DNA of 63,427 nucleotides, the filler included, from Sphaeroforma arctica JP610 (Eukaryota): NCBI RefSeq assembly GCF_001186125.1. It is 6 parts of 2 records of this genome, joined end to end, with 100 filler letters (N's around TTAATTAATTAA, not from the genome) between each part and the next. Parts side by side here need not be neighbours in the genome. Positions count along the whole stretch, not along the records: positions 24,180 to 36,638 come from NW_014040533.1; positions 36,739 to 39,528 come from NW_014040533.1; 4 more parts are not named here. The stretch is one strand, 5' to 3'. This document shows, piece after piece, positions 25,262 to 38,910 of this stretch. Position numbers and translations under genes: made by a program. Each line of letters opens with the position of its first letter. The first letter of the stretch is position 1. The notes under the pieces are model-generated. The model had not been told where the DNA came from and ran no database searches. It saw only the letters and a list, made by a program, of their open reading frames with translations.

Positions 25262-28200
25262 CTACCGCCTCCTTGGCGCAGCCAGTGGACCTAACCAGTG
25301 ATTCAGTGCAATAGACGACAACGCCGCGCACGTGATACCAAAGGTGTCGGCAACACTAGTGATGCCCAGTGCAAACTCGCGGTACAGCGGGTCTATGGTG
25401 TTGGTAATGCTGTAAAACGAGTTCACGTATGCAGACCCGCCCAGGAGCCCTTCATAGAAGATCCAGAGGCTGATCAGACCGGAATAGAGATGTAGATTGA
25501 GAATACTGTATTTTAGGGTTTGTTTTTATATTTGGAAAACGCATAGAGGGCAGTGAATGAATTCGGTTATCGGCAAAGATTGGCGTACATGAATCGTTTC
25601 GCACATGTGGTGGGATTTCTATCCAGGCCAGATGCATATTTACAACGACAGTCAGTATGTCGATTTAAATTAGTAACAACATACCAGTACAAGCTGATGT
25701 GGGGTACAAAATGGTATATATTATCTAACAGCAGCAGCCCGAAGTTGACGATCTGCAACACAGCCAGAATCCAGGTTCGCTGTGTGCAATGCATGTAATG
25801 GGATTGATGGGTAGAATATCAAGAATACGGTAACTGATGGATTTGGGTATACAAAATATAAAGGAATGTAGACAGAAATCATAATATACTAGAGTTTACT
25901 CTGTCTGTAAGAAGTGTTTGAATGAGCACAAACGATAGGATGTGCACTCCTCACGGAGGGCTCGAATCAACAGCCCGTACTTACTTGGCACAATCAATTT
26001 GCGTACCACACCGCCACACTGTCTATGTACACAAGCCTCAGCTACTCTAATCGCTTAACGTCAGATTTTAAATATTGCTTAACCCGTATCTCGCAAAAGA
26101 ACGTGTGTGTCACTGAATTGTATCATGATGTGTGGAAATGAACGACCAATTGTCAGAAACTGTTATCTAAGCAATAGAAGATAGGACATGCATACTATGC
26201 AACGAACACGTCGAGCACGTCACATGTACCCAGTATTGATCTTACCTCAATTGTAATCCAGGGCACGGACGATCGAGAAATAAATACACCTATAAATATT
26301 TATACGGCATGAAGTAGGAAATAGCTTGCGTGTGTGAGCCAAATGTAATAAAAATGACAATCCAAAGAAATTTAGAGCGACCACTAATATTAATTTTGTG
26401 CACAACAAAAGCACTATCAGGCATCAAGTACACTCGGATAGGGTACGCCTGTGTCCACATCAAAGTTGTCACGCAACTATGGAATACTACATACCCATTT
26501 GATACATTGCCTGAAAGAGTACGTACTGATGTTGTTTTGTTAAGGACATGCCGTTCCACCACACGTGCTCCAGCTATATAGAAGCGATTCGAGGTGCGAG
26601 TGTCGACATCAGTATGAGAATAGCAAAGGATCATTAATATAATATTTGAAATTCACGCATACATCTGATAGTATGTGCGAATTAAACATCCCTGAAAAAT
26701 TCTAATTTAGCATAAATATCCAGATGGATAGAAATCATTAAGTTCAAATATGAACATATTTTTATTGTGATGTACATGTGAACACAGAAGAGATATACTT
26801 GAAGTGGAGATGAATGTGAGCACGTACATCTAGAAACTTTGGTCAATGCTTATCGATAGAATCGGTTCCACAACGCCGTGTTGCGAACGAAGTGGAATTG
26901 GCGGAAGTATTAAAAACCCGAACTACGAATATATGAATATTTGGTACTAAAAAGGAACATTTACGGCGAACTGGGAAAAGCAAATCACAACTTGATGCGA
27001 ATATTAGAAGAATTCATGATATCATAACAGGACGACCCAAACACACTTCCGTGGAAGCAAACTGAAACAACATCGAAGTCAATTGACCAGTGAATTCAGA
27101 AGTATATCTTACAAGATATGTGTATAAATGATACGACAAAATCGGCGCAAAAATAGTTACGTTGATATTCAACAATTTGACCGCAAGACGCGACGAATAC
27201 TATTTTATAACCGCTGCCACTGACGAATCTCAGAGATATGGATATATATATTTATCGACATACATTTGGCAAATATGTGTATTAATTTTGTAAATATTTA
27301 CAGATAGTTAAGTACATATATAAGAATATTTATACATCTGTATGCATATATATACACATGGATATAAAAGCTGGCATCGATTTAAGTATTCTTTAAGTGG
27401 TTCCCTCAGAAAAACATAACTCATGGAGGCTGGCGCAGAACACTAGAAGCGGGGGACACTCACAATTGGCAACGATAAAAAAATCACATTGATACATGAT
27501 GTTGGTTACGGTTACCCATTATCAGCGCAGATGTATATTAGCACGCTGTATGTGTATACGACCATTCAACCTGCGTATTCCAATTACATACTAGTCCCTG
27601 GTTGATGAGATACTCGGCATAGTAGACCAAGAATAAGGGGATCATCCATCTCAGAAGCGGCTGTGATACGAATGAGTATGGTGAACGAATGGCTATTAAT
27701 TTGGACGCGTATAATTAGGGAGCCTGCGTATGCACACTAATCTAGAACCAACATATAAACCTGATTACATACCGAAGATCAATGGTAGACACCCAATTGA
27801 AAATACATATACACATTCTCGAGATTGCACTAAGATACAAGCTTTATTGCGAGTTGCATCAAGGCCTACCACGAACTCAAAACACATCCCAAAGACAAGT
27901 ATTTCCCAGAACATATAGCGTCAGGTGTACCCCAACAGTATTGACTAATAAGACAGCAGTCATTTGTACATAGCGAATTCCACACTTCTCACTAATACGG
28001 TATTTCACGTAGTTCTGAAGTGCTACATGGGCATGCAGTACAGCGAAAAACGGCACCGTGTCAAGATTGATAGCTCAGTACGTAACCAGAACAGCAAAAG
28101 AAAATGGATATGTAGAATACGTACACTATTTGTCATCCCTAAATGATAGCCAAGTACACTAACTGTCGCTCAGCTTGCGGTCTAATCTCGAAGTTGCGAT

Positions 28201-30970
28201 GCAGCGCACATAAACCAACAATTATACGAACACAAACACAGACACAAAGGTATAAGGACAAGTTAAATTGCAGTTGTACGATACGAAAAAAATGAGTTAG
28301 CCCGATGCGAACACAAGCGCAAACAAAAAAGCAGACAAAGTCGAAAACATAGCAAGTTGTGGGAACAACGCTGAAGATTTATTCGAATCCGAAACAATTT
28401 TGAACTCCCATATGCACAACTTCAACCGTATACGCGGCTGGTATTTCATGCAAAACCTTTGCACTGAGTGAAAACTAAGGCTACTAGCGGCTAAGGGGTT
28501 TCATACCTTTATCAGACGAATGCGATCGTTCATTGTCATTGCGGGTGCTTCTCTAGCCCCTTGCACATCTGCGATATATATTCACACACGGACAGAGGGC
28601 AGTGAGAGTGTGAATAGTCTGCATACATATATATGCAAATGTCTGGATTTGTGAATTGTGTTTTAGCATATGTGCACGAGCATGTTCGTACTTATCGGTC
28701 TGTATAAATACGTGCAAGTGCATCGGAATATATTGATACGTCTGGTCTCGAGTGTATGTAGACACAAGCATCTCAGTATACTACCACTGAGTTCATCGGG
28801 GGCACCGTTAGACAGAGTGTAAGCTCATTTTCGAATAAATACATTTCCCGATTGAAGTATCACAACTGTGTATGTATAACATACATACAGATTGTACAAA
28901 CTAATGAAGCCCGCATAATAACTTCACATCCCCTACAGATATTTGGTGTTATTTGGTCAAAAGCACTCACACACTGTACGACGGCCGATACCTATGGTAT
29001 GTGCATACGCAAGTACCGTGAGAACAAACGTCACGCTATAACAATATCAACACAAGCACCGACCCTGGAATCATCCACCAACCCATACACTTGACCTCAC
29101 AATTCGCACTGCTAACCAAGGCACTCGGACCCATAGTATATGAGTGCAGCTGTCGCCCTTGTACTGCGGTAACGCCCACTCACGATCAACTTGTATCATA
29201 TTGACTGCCTGTTTCCCCACTGTGCAATCCTGACAGCCCTCCGACTGTATTTAGTACCCTTGGGTTAATCGAATTTTCAAACCTTGTCTATGAGCTGCTG
29301 CTACTTGACTAAATGGAATGACTCCATTAGTTGTGCTCATTAGATGGCACCACACGCGTCCCTAGACATGCTAGAACATAATCGGAAGCCGCATCTCGAT
29401 ATAGCGAGCGATAGATGACAAACTCGTGCTATTCAAAGATGCGCCAGGATTTGTGCTTTCGTGACTAAGCATGATACTCGATACACAGAAGCCAGCGGAA
29501 CACATGCAAAATCAGATACATAAAAAACACGCCGATACGAAGGATCACACAGAAATGGATAAGCAAATCTAGCTGTGTATAATATGACCCCTACCTACTT
29601 GAAAAGAGAAGAATTCTACAGAGGCACTCTAATTTCTCATTACAAACTTCTCCCTACACGCTCGCGCAAAGTTCAATAGGGTACATGTACAACAAACGCA
29701 AACGTATAAAGACACCAAGTCAGGCCCTTTTTTTCCACGATTGCAGACTCACCAGTACTTGACCTTCGCGATTGATTTGCGTCACCTACAACCTACTGCA
29801 TGGTGCATGATTTCGAATGCACACACGCAAACGTACAGGTCACTCGCATTGAGAGTCCCTTGCGCTTATAACTGTTTTTCAACCATTCTGCCTGTACAAT
29901 GCACGGCATGACACATGACAGTCAATGCACACACACACACGAGCTCACCTGTGCTGTCGTTCTCAATGAGGGTATGTTGGTCACTCTGATCGTTCACTTC
30001 GCCGCGCCTACTATGTGCGTGTCGCGTTTGCGACTCGTATAAAGTGGGGGCCGCCTTTGGATCGCCATGTTCCAGTGGTCTCAGCATATAGAGGTATCTA
30101 CAAGTACATTTAATGGATTTCGATCATATAGTTATATGGAGTAGTTCGTATTTTATGTCGTCGTATGTATCAAGCATGTGTGCACACGTCTATCTTACAG
30201 CGCTAAGGTATACATAAATTCATTTAGGGTTGTGCCAAAATTCATTGAAGGTTATGCCCACTAAAAACAAGTAAGGAATGCTCTATGTCTATATTACGCC
30301 GTACGCACTGAGCTCTGTATGTAAAACTCCGTAATCACACTTACAGATATATATACTACTAGAAACCCTCATATGTGCACGCAGCCGTATATATCCTTTA
30401 TTNNNNNNNNNNNNNNNNNNNNNNNNNNNNNNNNNNNNNNNNNNNNNNNNNNNNNNNNNNNNNNNNNNNNNNNNNNNNNNNNNNNNNNNNNNNNNNNNNN
30501 NNNNNNNNNNNNNNNNNNNNNNNNNNNNNNNNNNNNNNNNNNNNNNNNNNNNNNNNNNNNNNNNNNNNNNNNNNNNNNNNNNNNNNNNNNNNNNNNNNNN
30601 NNNNNNNNNNNNNNNNNNNNNNNNNNNNNNNNNNNNNNNNNNNNNNNNNNNNNNNNNNNNNNNNNNNNNNNNNNNNNNNNNNNNNNNNNNNNNNNNNNNN
30701 NNNNNNNNNNNNNNNNNNNNNNNNNNNNNNNNNNNNNNNNNNNNNNNNNNNNNNNNNNNNNNNNNNNNNNNNNNNNNNNNNNNNNNNNNNNNNNNNNNNN
30801 NNNNNNNNNNNNNNNNNNNNNNNNNNNNNNNNNNNNNNNNNNNNNNNNNNNNNNNNNNNNNNNNNNNNNNNNNNNNNNNNNNNNNNNNNNNNNNNNNNNN
30901 NNNNNNNNNNNNNNNNNNNNNNNNNATATATAACAATATATATATATACTATTATTATATATATATATAT

Positions 30971-31009
<39 letters not shown>

Positions 31010-33294
31010 AATATATATCAATGAGATCAATTTAGTAGCGTATTATTTATATGTAGCGCCGAGCGTAATACGTACACTCTTCGATTACAACGAAATCACA
31101 GGGAGAGACAACAGTACCAATATGTACATGATCACACAGAAGCCCACAAACCATACAAACATACGTTATCGTCATAATCAGAGGCACGATCACCATGACA
31201 AGCAGCGCTTCTCTGGGCTGCATCACCAATGTCAGCGCCAAGTAAGAAAGAGATCCGGCCGCACCGGCCATTCCCGTACCTGACGACCACGCCGATACTG
31301 TCGACTGTTACCCGTTAAGCGAAAAAGAAACCAGTCGCACAGCCATACAGTATAAGAATTCAGATATCGGAGTATGTTTGAAGCTCTCAACTGACAGGAA
31401 ATGGTAGTGCTTTCGCTATAAAAATACGACCTTCGGAGTGCTTGACGTGCGCAACTATGACACTTACCTACCTTGTCATAGTGATGTGTGAGAGAGAGGT
31501 ACGTGATTTCACCAAAGCCCGAGGAGAAAGAGGCCAAGCACACTCCCAGCACACTGTAGGAAATAGATTGTATATATTACAGAGGAGCCTATATGGATTC
31601 CAATGATAAATTCAGTTCAGTGTACTCCACTAATTTCACCTTAGTAGCCATTGCTGTGCACTATATACTCGTGCGTTCCATATTTACATATTCCATGTAT
31701 GAAGAATATAGAGTTACATGTATACAGACATTGCATTCTCAGTTCCATTTCACTCATGACTAGTCTTGAGGAAAATCTGACAAATTTTACAAATCTCCAG
31801 CGATAGTACACTCGGAATGGAAATCGGTTGTTCGATACAGCACTTGACGTATATCAATGTTACGCGCCTCGCTCTGGACATGACTGTTACTACAAGAAGG
31901 CTGATAAATGCAAAATCCATAATTTTGATGCCCGCACATGAGGGGGATACACACAGATTATGTAGTCGGAGGAGTGCTTGTACAAACTGCGGCGGGATGG
32001 GTAACGGACTCTATTTATCGATATACTGCTTATACGACAGACAAATGGAGCAGTTGTGTATAGATGTGTGATGGCTTCAGCTTTGCAAAGGAACTTGCAC
32101 ATACACGCGCACCCAAACATACACATACGTATAATGCATATAAAGTTTTTACATATGCAAACATACTAGTTCTATCCGGAAGAGAAATGAAAAGAGAACA
32201 TTCACGGGACAAACCTCAGCAGCAGAGGCGACGAATAGGCCACTAGAATGAAGGACATGTAGCACGTGGCAATGACGACGCCAACTTTCTGCGTGAGACC
32301 AGCGGAGGAGTAAACGATACAACAGAGTTAAGGACTGTCACGAAATTAGAATCACGATAGCACGAATATGGGAATGGAAGGTATGTCTGTAATATTTGCG
32401 AAAAATGTTTATACAAAATAACACCGGATTTGATTCGGTCAAGTGCGAGGATGTGTATGTACAAGATGTCTTACGCATGATGCTGTGCTACGCTACGATT
32501 CGAAGGACGAAGATATATCGTCTAAGAGGGCAACTGTATGTTACACTGTGCACGACCTGGGATCACGATATTTGCCGACTAAAGTGAAATGCTTGATCGT
32601 GTGTGTGTATATGTATATGTGTGTATTTGTGTGTATTTGTGTGTCTGCGTGTGTGGGTTCGGAGCGAAAGGATGAACTGGTGCATTGTGCCAATGACAAT
32701 GTATATGATGTACTGCAATGGAACCCTCATATGCAAAGCGAGTCAGTGCAGAGCACTCCGATAGTGAAAAGAATGAGCTATCTGGACGATCCTCTGTTTT
32801 TAGAGTTGAGCACTTCTTGGTAGCCTGCGATAGAATTGAGTCATCAGAGATGATGTATCTAACTTTGATACACAGCTGAATAGAGAAAATAGAATCCTCT
32901 ACCATGGCGCGAAAACATAGTCGGTCCAACCGACAAGACCACTCAAATCATAAAACAAAACAGAAATTTTGAGATCAATAGATATAACATGATTCAAATC
33001 TACAATAGAACTTGAACTGCGATTTATTTCAGATACACAAACCAAAAGCGCCAGCTGGTATACTACACTAACCAGGGAATACGGCAGCAAATGCATGAAG
33101 AAAGGCGCACTGAGCTTGATGGTGAGTGTCGGAAGAATATCGGCCAACAGAATAACTCCGGTGCCTGTCGTGTAGAATAGGGGTTGAATCAATGAACAGA
33201 CCAAACGAGATTCGTATTAGAGTGCAATTTGCGCCTGAGGGATTGTGCAGAATCCCATAGTTGAGAAACCACCAGATGATATACTATACATATA

Positions 33295-33328
<34 letters not shown>

Positions 33329-33424
33329 TATATATATATATATATGCAAATATATATATATATATACAAATACAAATACAAATACAAATATGTATATATA
33401 TACAAATACAAATATATATACATG

Positions 33425-33490
<66 letters not shown>

Positions 33491-33557
33491 CACATACCTA
33501 CATCCATACACACACAAGCATATATTCATACATACATACATACGTACATACACACAC

Positions 33558-33594
<37 letters not shown>

Positions 33595-34080
33595 GTATTT
33601 GGTATCCAACCCAAATGGAGGGAGATTTTGTGCTCTGATATGGCACGTAATAAGCTTGCGTATGGTCATCTTTAAGGTATACTGACCATTTGTAGAGGCA
33701 ATGTATATCAAAGCGTATTATAAGTGAGGAATGAATGACTTTGTATCCGAATGCACTCAGATTGAATAATGCAGGGGGCACTCGAATATGTGCGAAAAAT
33801 AAACTGGAGTATAGAAGAATATAAGTTGCGGCAAGGATTCAATACTGTATCTCCCTTCATACTTACTGGTGCCTTCCTCTTTCTCTAAGATGTATGTGGC
33901 GGCTGACAACATAATCACATAAGGATAGTTGTTGCACAGTCCAAATATCCAGAAGGCAATAACATCCCTCCAAACCACTCCTGCTTCACAGTGCCGGACG
34001 GTACTCGAGGATTCAGCACGATCATCATTTGGATCATTGTGGAGGGGCGTGTAAGTCCCCTGTGATAAATTCGTGGCCAT
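25262..34080 (-). CDS. CLN3: Battenin / CLN3 / Btn1 family lysosomal-vacuolar membrane protein, 12 exons
   Basis: Phase-consistent exons 34080-33867, 33164-33073, 32288-32215, 31553-31472, 31304-31165, 30097-29949, 28568-28507, 27660-27592, 26573-26495, 26289-26246, 25779-25685, 25505-25262. Motifs [99 protein letters not shown] and REFALG. Confidence 0.95.
33290..33591. repeat. TA/TACA/TACAAA microsatellite block in CLN3 intron 1
   Basis: Read directly from the sequence. Confidence 0.9.
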
Positions 34081-35678
34081 TGAGCTATGTTTCTTTTAAT
34101 GTACGCGCATAATTTCCTCTGCGACGCTATATGTGAGACTCGCGCTAAAATAGACAATTGTACATGCCACCGAAGTACTCAGGATTTAAAAATACACATG
34201 AAATGCAATATATGTTGAACTTTTTTAGCAACTACGGCTATTGAACTTATGATCCACCGAGAGATAACCAGAGATAGCCTGACTTGTATAATTTAGGGCT
34301 GTGCCTGATGAGTCAGCCTGACTGCTATATTTTTTTATATTTGGTTTTTTTTCTTTTTCAAGAACAGAAATATGAAAAATCCCTTTTTTTTTTTAATTAC
34401 TGATGTATAAAAAAACAATTCCATTTAGGATCCCTCTCCTCTAGAGGCTAAGCTCAATACGCTTTGCCTATATGCGATAAACGTTAAATGTAAACGCAAA
34501 AGTTTTTGTTTTTTTTTAATAAAAGCGTTTTGAAGTATATCGGGGGCAAATCGACCGTGGAAATTTTCCAAATCTGCACCCGAGAAATTGACCTTTTTTA
34601 ATGAAAAGGCGATATGAAACTGTTCACAACTGACAAAAAGTGAAAAATAAGATAATTCGTGACAGTTAGGCCGCCCAGGACTATATTTAGGAAAAACTTT
34701 GAACGTAAACGCTTATTATTATTCTTTGCGTTTAAACGGGAAACGTAATGAGGTCTGCCCTCTCTCTAGCGAGAGAGAGGGGTCACAGGAGGGACCGGGT
34801 CTGCAAATGGGTCAAAGAGAGTGCCATAGTCAGCCAATCAAGCATAAAGGCGACAGAGACTTCCAGCTGACACTTTCATCAGTGTTAAAAATAGATATAA
34901 AATAAATAAAAATCATTCCTCTCTGAGTCTGGAGTCTGGACAAAAGGTTTGAACAGATTTTATATATATTATAAAAATTTCTTTCAATTAGACACGGTGT
35001 GATTGACTGATTGGCTAACAGAGGTCCCAGTCTTTAGTTACCTCTATTTATTTACCTAGAGTCTCTAGAGAGTCTCTCTTTAGAGAGTACAGACTCCCAG
35101 ACTCCCAGTCGATTCCCAGCCCCGGCCCCCGGTCCCGGAGCCCAGGGCGGTTGAAGGCCTGAAGTCAGTGAAGTGGAAACAAGTGAGGGCTTGAGGCACT
35201 GTGCGTCTCTGTCCCTGGGTCTTTGGCAGTCTGCGAGCTGCGACTTGCGAGTCTGCGAGACTGCGGCTCTGCGACAGCGAAAGTGTGGATTTTTCAAGTC
35301 AGTGCGAGTCTGCGAGCCGGCTACTCCCTTTGTCAAAAAATAAACAATAACAGGTCACTCTCAAGTCTCAACTCTCAAGTATTTATAAAGACAAAGAGGG
35401 TCCGGACGTCCGGTCCAGGTCGACCACAGTGTCCATCCCGGCCTGTTCCACGCTTCAAAGATGTGCGCTGCTGCGCTGTACTGATGTACTACTGTACAAG
35501 AGGAAAGCATCTCTACTCTAGAAAGGTATAAAGATAAATGAGCGCCACCGGTCTAGTGCAAAGTTTATCTCGCTGCTGTTGAACACTGTACGGATTCATA
35601 CTTTTACCACGTCATCTCAACTTCGAAAAAGTTGAAGAAAATGACTACCTTCACGCCTGGTCCCGTCGATGTAACTAA

Positions 35679-35758
35679 ATTTTCACGATACTTCGAATTT
35701 ACCTACGCGTTTATTTATTCTAAGGCGTTAATATCGCCTTGAGAGACCGAATCTTACA
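35679..35758 (+). mobile_element. 3'-terminal fragment of the LTR (plus orientation), ending ...GAATCTTACA
   Basis: Nearly identical to 43908-43987 (ATTTTCACGATACTT.GAATTTACCTACGCGTTTATTTA.TCTAAGGCGTTAATATCGCCTT...AGACCGAATCTTACA). Confidence 0.85.
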
Positions 35759-36148
35759 ATGATAAGTAGGATTTTGCCAACGTGCTGTGCGCGTGTTTAC
35801 TGGTGGGGATGATACATCAGACTCCAATGCATGTCGCATTTCCTCTGAAGTTGAATTTTCCGAGGATTGCGTTTTCTCGGCTTTTCCCTTTCGAGATTTC
35901 GCCTTCTTCGCTGGTGGCTTCTGTTGCTCCGTAGTCACATTACCTCCGGATGCACTTACACCCGAGTCAATCAACTACTTACGTTTCCGTTTAGTCAGAG
36001 TTGGTACCGGTTGTACCGGCGTGATCTCAGTTGCTTTAGCTTCCGCTGATGGTGCCGGGTGTCTTTTCTGCTTTTCTTCGCCTACAGTAAACCCTTTCAC
36101 GTTTGTAGCCTTAGCTACATTCGCTGCCTTATTATCTTCTTTCGTCAT
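35759..36148 (-). pseudogene. Degenerate Lys/Ala-rich ORF with an in-frame TAG at 35975-35977, truncated by the LTR fragment; probably TE-derived
   Basis: Two abutting same-frame ORFs (MTKEDNKAANV...KRKRK*LIDSG...KKAKSRKGK). No splice signals are needed, and the segment lies inside the TE nest. Confidence 0.4.
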
Positions 36149-36911
36149 AATATCGATAGCGTATATAAACTTGAAAATATGTAAAAGTCGGTCTCCTCTA
36201 GGCTGACTATACGATACCAATACGTTTACGTTAATAAGACAATACGTTAATACGTTAAAATGCAAAAGGTTTAGCTTGGTAATGAGCAAAAATTAGGGGA
36301 TTTTAGACTGAGACTATTGTCTATATGCTCCGCTCTAATCACTCACTACTTCGGTCTAGATTTATTCATGTTTTAGTTACTAAGACTAGATATCATTTCA
36401 TTGGACGCATAGTTTACATTTCACGCCTCGAAACAATTACCGAATCAAACTAACCAATAAAATACCTCTAAGTCCAACTTGAGAAAATAAAAATAAAATT
36501 AAAACACCAAGCTGATGCAGTATACATCTACACCTAAACCCCATCACTTGGTACCTAGCTCCCCATCCCATTTAAGGCATAGACGGGCACATCTAGTTGG
36601 CTGGCTAGGAGGAATCAAAACCATGTTGGCCTAAATTCNNNNNNNNNNNNNNNNNNNNNNNNNNNNNNNNNNNNNNNNNNNNTTAATTAATTAANNNNNN
36701 NNNNNNNNNNNNNNNNNNNNNNNNNNNNNNNNNNNNNNCAACCGAAGTATTCAGATATAAATAAAGTTGGAAAGTAAATAAAGTTCTATTAATAGAACTA
36801 GACCAACTCTTTTAAGTTGGGTTTTTTACTAAGGCCTTTTAATGGCCTCGTCCAAATATCTGGTATGTAAAATGGAAATGGTATTAATTAATAAAACCAT
36901 TAAAAACCACT

Positions 36912-37135
36912 TTAGAAAACTTAAGTTCCTCGTGCTATTAAGAGTACATTTAGGAAACTTAAGTTCCTCGTACTATTAAGAGTACATTTAGGAAACTTAA
37001 GTTCCTCGTACTATTAAGAGTACATTTAGGAAACTTAAGTTCCTCGTACTATTAAGAGTTCATTCAGGAAACTTAAGTTCCTCGTACTATTAAGAGTACA
37101 TTTATAATTTACGTACTGCTTAAGAGTACGTTTAT
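36912..37135. repeat. 38-bp tandem repeat (5 full copies plus a partial) inside the copy A LTR
   Basis: Unit TTAGGAAACTTAAGTTCCTCGTACTATTAAGAGTACAT, period 38 (36921, 36959, 36997, 37035, 37073). Confidence 0.92.
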
Positions 37136-38004
37136 AACATAGAGTCTAATGTGGAGGCCCGGCTTATTACACAGCCCCCACCCAGCTTTGAGACCCATGA
37201 GAAGCAAGTTGCTCACTGAAGCTGATTATGGGTCAAAAAGCGAGAAAGGAAAAACGGGTCGAAACATTAAGTAGCATAACGTATAGTTAATGTTTCTCAG
37301 GCGGAGAAGTTAAGCGTTCTCGGTTACCCTGTGAGTTTTGGGCTTAGGTCCAGTAAGTCCGTGGTGGTCGACTGGATGTTCCTTACGCTTCAGTGTCTTA
37401 AGCACATATGAAGGATGAGCATTAAGGCTCGGGATAAATGCTGTAGGCGGATAAGTTTTAACTTCCGTTCCTTCAGACGATGGAAACATGGTATCTTTTT
37501 CAGCTTGTGACTTATGCAGTCGTTTACGCCATTTTCGATTAAAGGCTTTTAAATAGTCTTGATTATCGAAACCATCTGAAGTCAACTCAGCTATTGTACC
37601 GTCTATAAAGCGTGTACGATAGTATGTATAGCCTCCCGTATCCGTTCTCCATATAATGTCTCTAAAATCAGAACGATCAAGAGGGGCATTAGAGTCATGT
37701 CTTCTTGCGAGTATAATCCCTGTAGTCGGAATACGACTTGTGCCTATATTAAGTGCACTAGAACCTCGTACGTTCCACTTTTAGTGTCTGCTACAGAGAT
37801 TATATATGGACCTATCCATTTAGATGCTAATACAGTAGCATCGGAATTACGTTGACGGATGTTAACTCTGTCACCAACCTGATACTCTGCTATATTCTTG
37901 GTAGTGTTCCAACGCTTTTGCCTTTTTAATAAGGCTATATTGCGTAATTCTCGCAAGCAAGGATATACAACGTTATAAATACGTTGTACCTTCTCTAACC
38001 ACGG

Positions 38005-38859
38005 TCACTCATGGTGATCAGGTTCGTCCTTGTTAAAGGGGATTTGTAACTCACTATATCTGCCACGAAAATAGTGAGCGGGTGTAGTTCCTGTAACCGG
38101 ATCAGCACACTCGTTCATCTTTGTTTGTACCCACTTAAGGTGGTACGGCCAATCATCTGCATCATCCGTTAATGCAGTACGCAAGAAGAACTTAAGTCTT
38201 CTATGGCGCGTTTCATTCGCGCCTTGCGATTGCGGCTTATATGGCACACCTCTCTTATGGCATATGCCTGATACGAGTACTATCGATTCCATAACGTCAT
38301 CGCAGAACTCACTACCGTTATCAGTGCACATAATACCCGGCCACCCGTGGTCAGCAAAGACTTGGCAACATAATTCTGCCACGGTCTGCGTATTCTTATC
38401 CTTTAATGGATAGAGCAAGTTAAACCGTGACGCCACATTAAAGAAGTGGCATACGTAACGGTCGCCTGTGTGCTCGGACGTGGGCAGGTCAACCAGATCA
38501 ATGATGACCCTGCGCCATGGAACATCTTCAGTCACACTCTTAAGCGGTGCGAACCCATAGCACTTGATCTGATTGAGATCACAGTCTGTACATGACTGAT
38601 ATACTCTGTCAACTAAAGTTGCCAGCTTAGGTTGCGCGATCCCATTTCGCTGAGCATCTTTAAGTGCGTCTACTACGTTCTGGTGCTTCAGCTTATGATT
38701 TTGCGTCAGCCAAGCAAGAATGTTTTCATCATTCTGCTCCTCCAGAATAAAGGTAGGGTGCTGAGAATCCTCTTGCGTGGTCTCGAAGTCTGTAGTGTTT
38801 CCAGACTCCTGTCCTGCTTTCGCATGAGTGTCATAAGTGCTCATGTGCGTTAGATACAC
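38005..38859 (-). CDS. Retrotransposon integrase (HHCC zinc finger + rve DDE core), copy A
   Basis: Open 284-aa ORF containing PWRRVIIDLVDLP, FADHGWPGIMCTDNGSEF and PYKPQSQGANETRH. Confidence 0.9.
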   Translation of the reverse strand: MYLTHMSTYDTHAKAGQESGNTTDFETTQEDSQHPTFILEEQNDENILAWLTQNHKLKHQNVVDALKDAQRNGIAQPKLATLVDRVYQSCTDCDLNQIKCYGFAPLKSVTEDVPWRRVIIDLVDLPTSEHTGDRYVCHFFNVASRFNLLYPLKDKNTQTVAELCCQVFADHGWPGIMCTDNGSEFCDDVMESIVLVSGICHKRGVPYKPQSQGANETRHRRLKFFLRTALTDDADDWPYHLKWVQTKMNECADPVTGTTPAHYFRGRYSELQIPFNKDEPDHHE

Positions 38860-38910
38860 CTGACTTATTAAATAGTCGCATTATATGTGTATACGCTTCA
38901 GGATTGTCTT

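Noticed and set aside
33217..33781. YI/HT/CV-rich ORFs (also near 2.0-2.5, 12.3-12.6 and 60.5-61.2 kb)
   Set aside because: Translations of TA/CA microsatellites.
12899..34080. NAGLU and CLN3 as a lysosomal gene cluster
   Set aside because: Only two genes, separated by a kinase and a gap of unknown size; consistent with chance.
34485..34740. Possible MITE from TAAACGCAAA / TTTGCGTTTA inverted match
   Set aside because: The arms are only ~10 bp, with no TSD or second copy in the window.
36912..37135. 38-bp palindromic repeats resembling a CRISPR array
   Set aside because: The units are contiguous with no unique spacers, there are no cas genes, and the context is a eukaryotic LTR.
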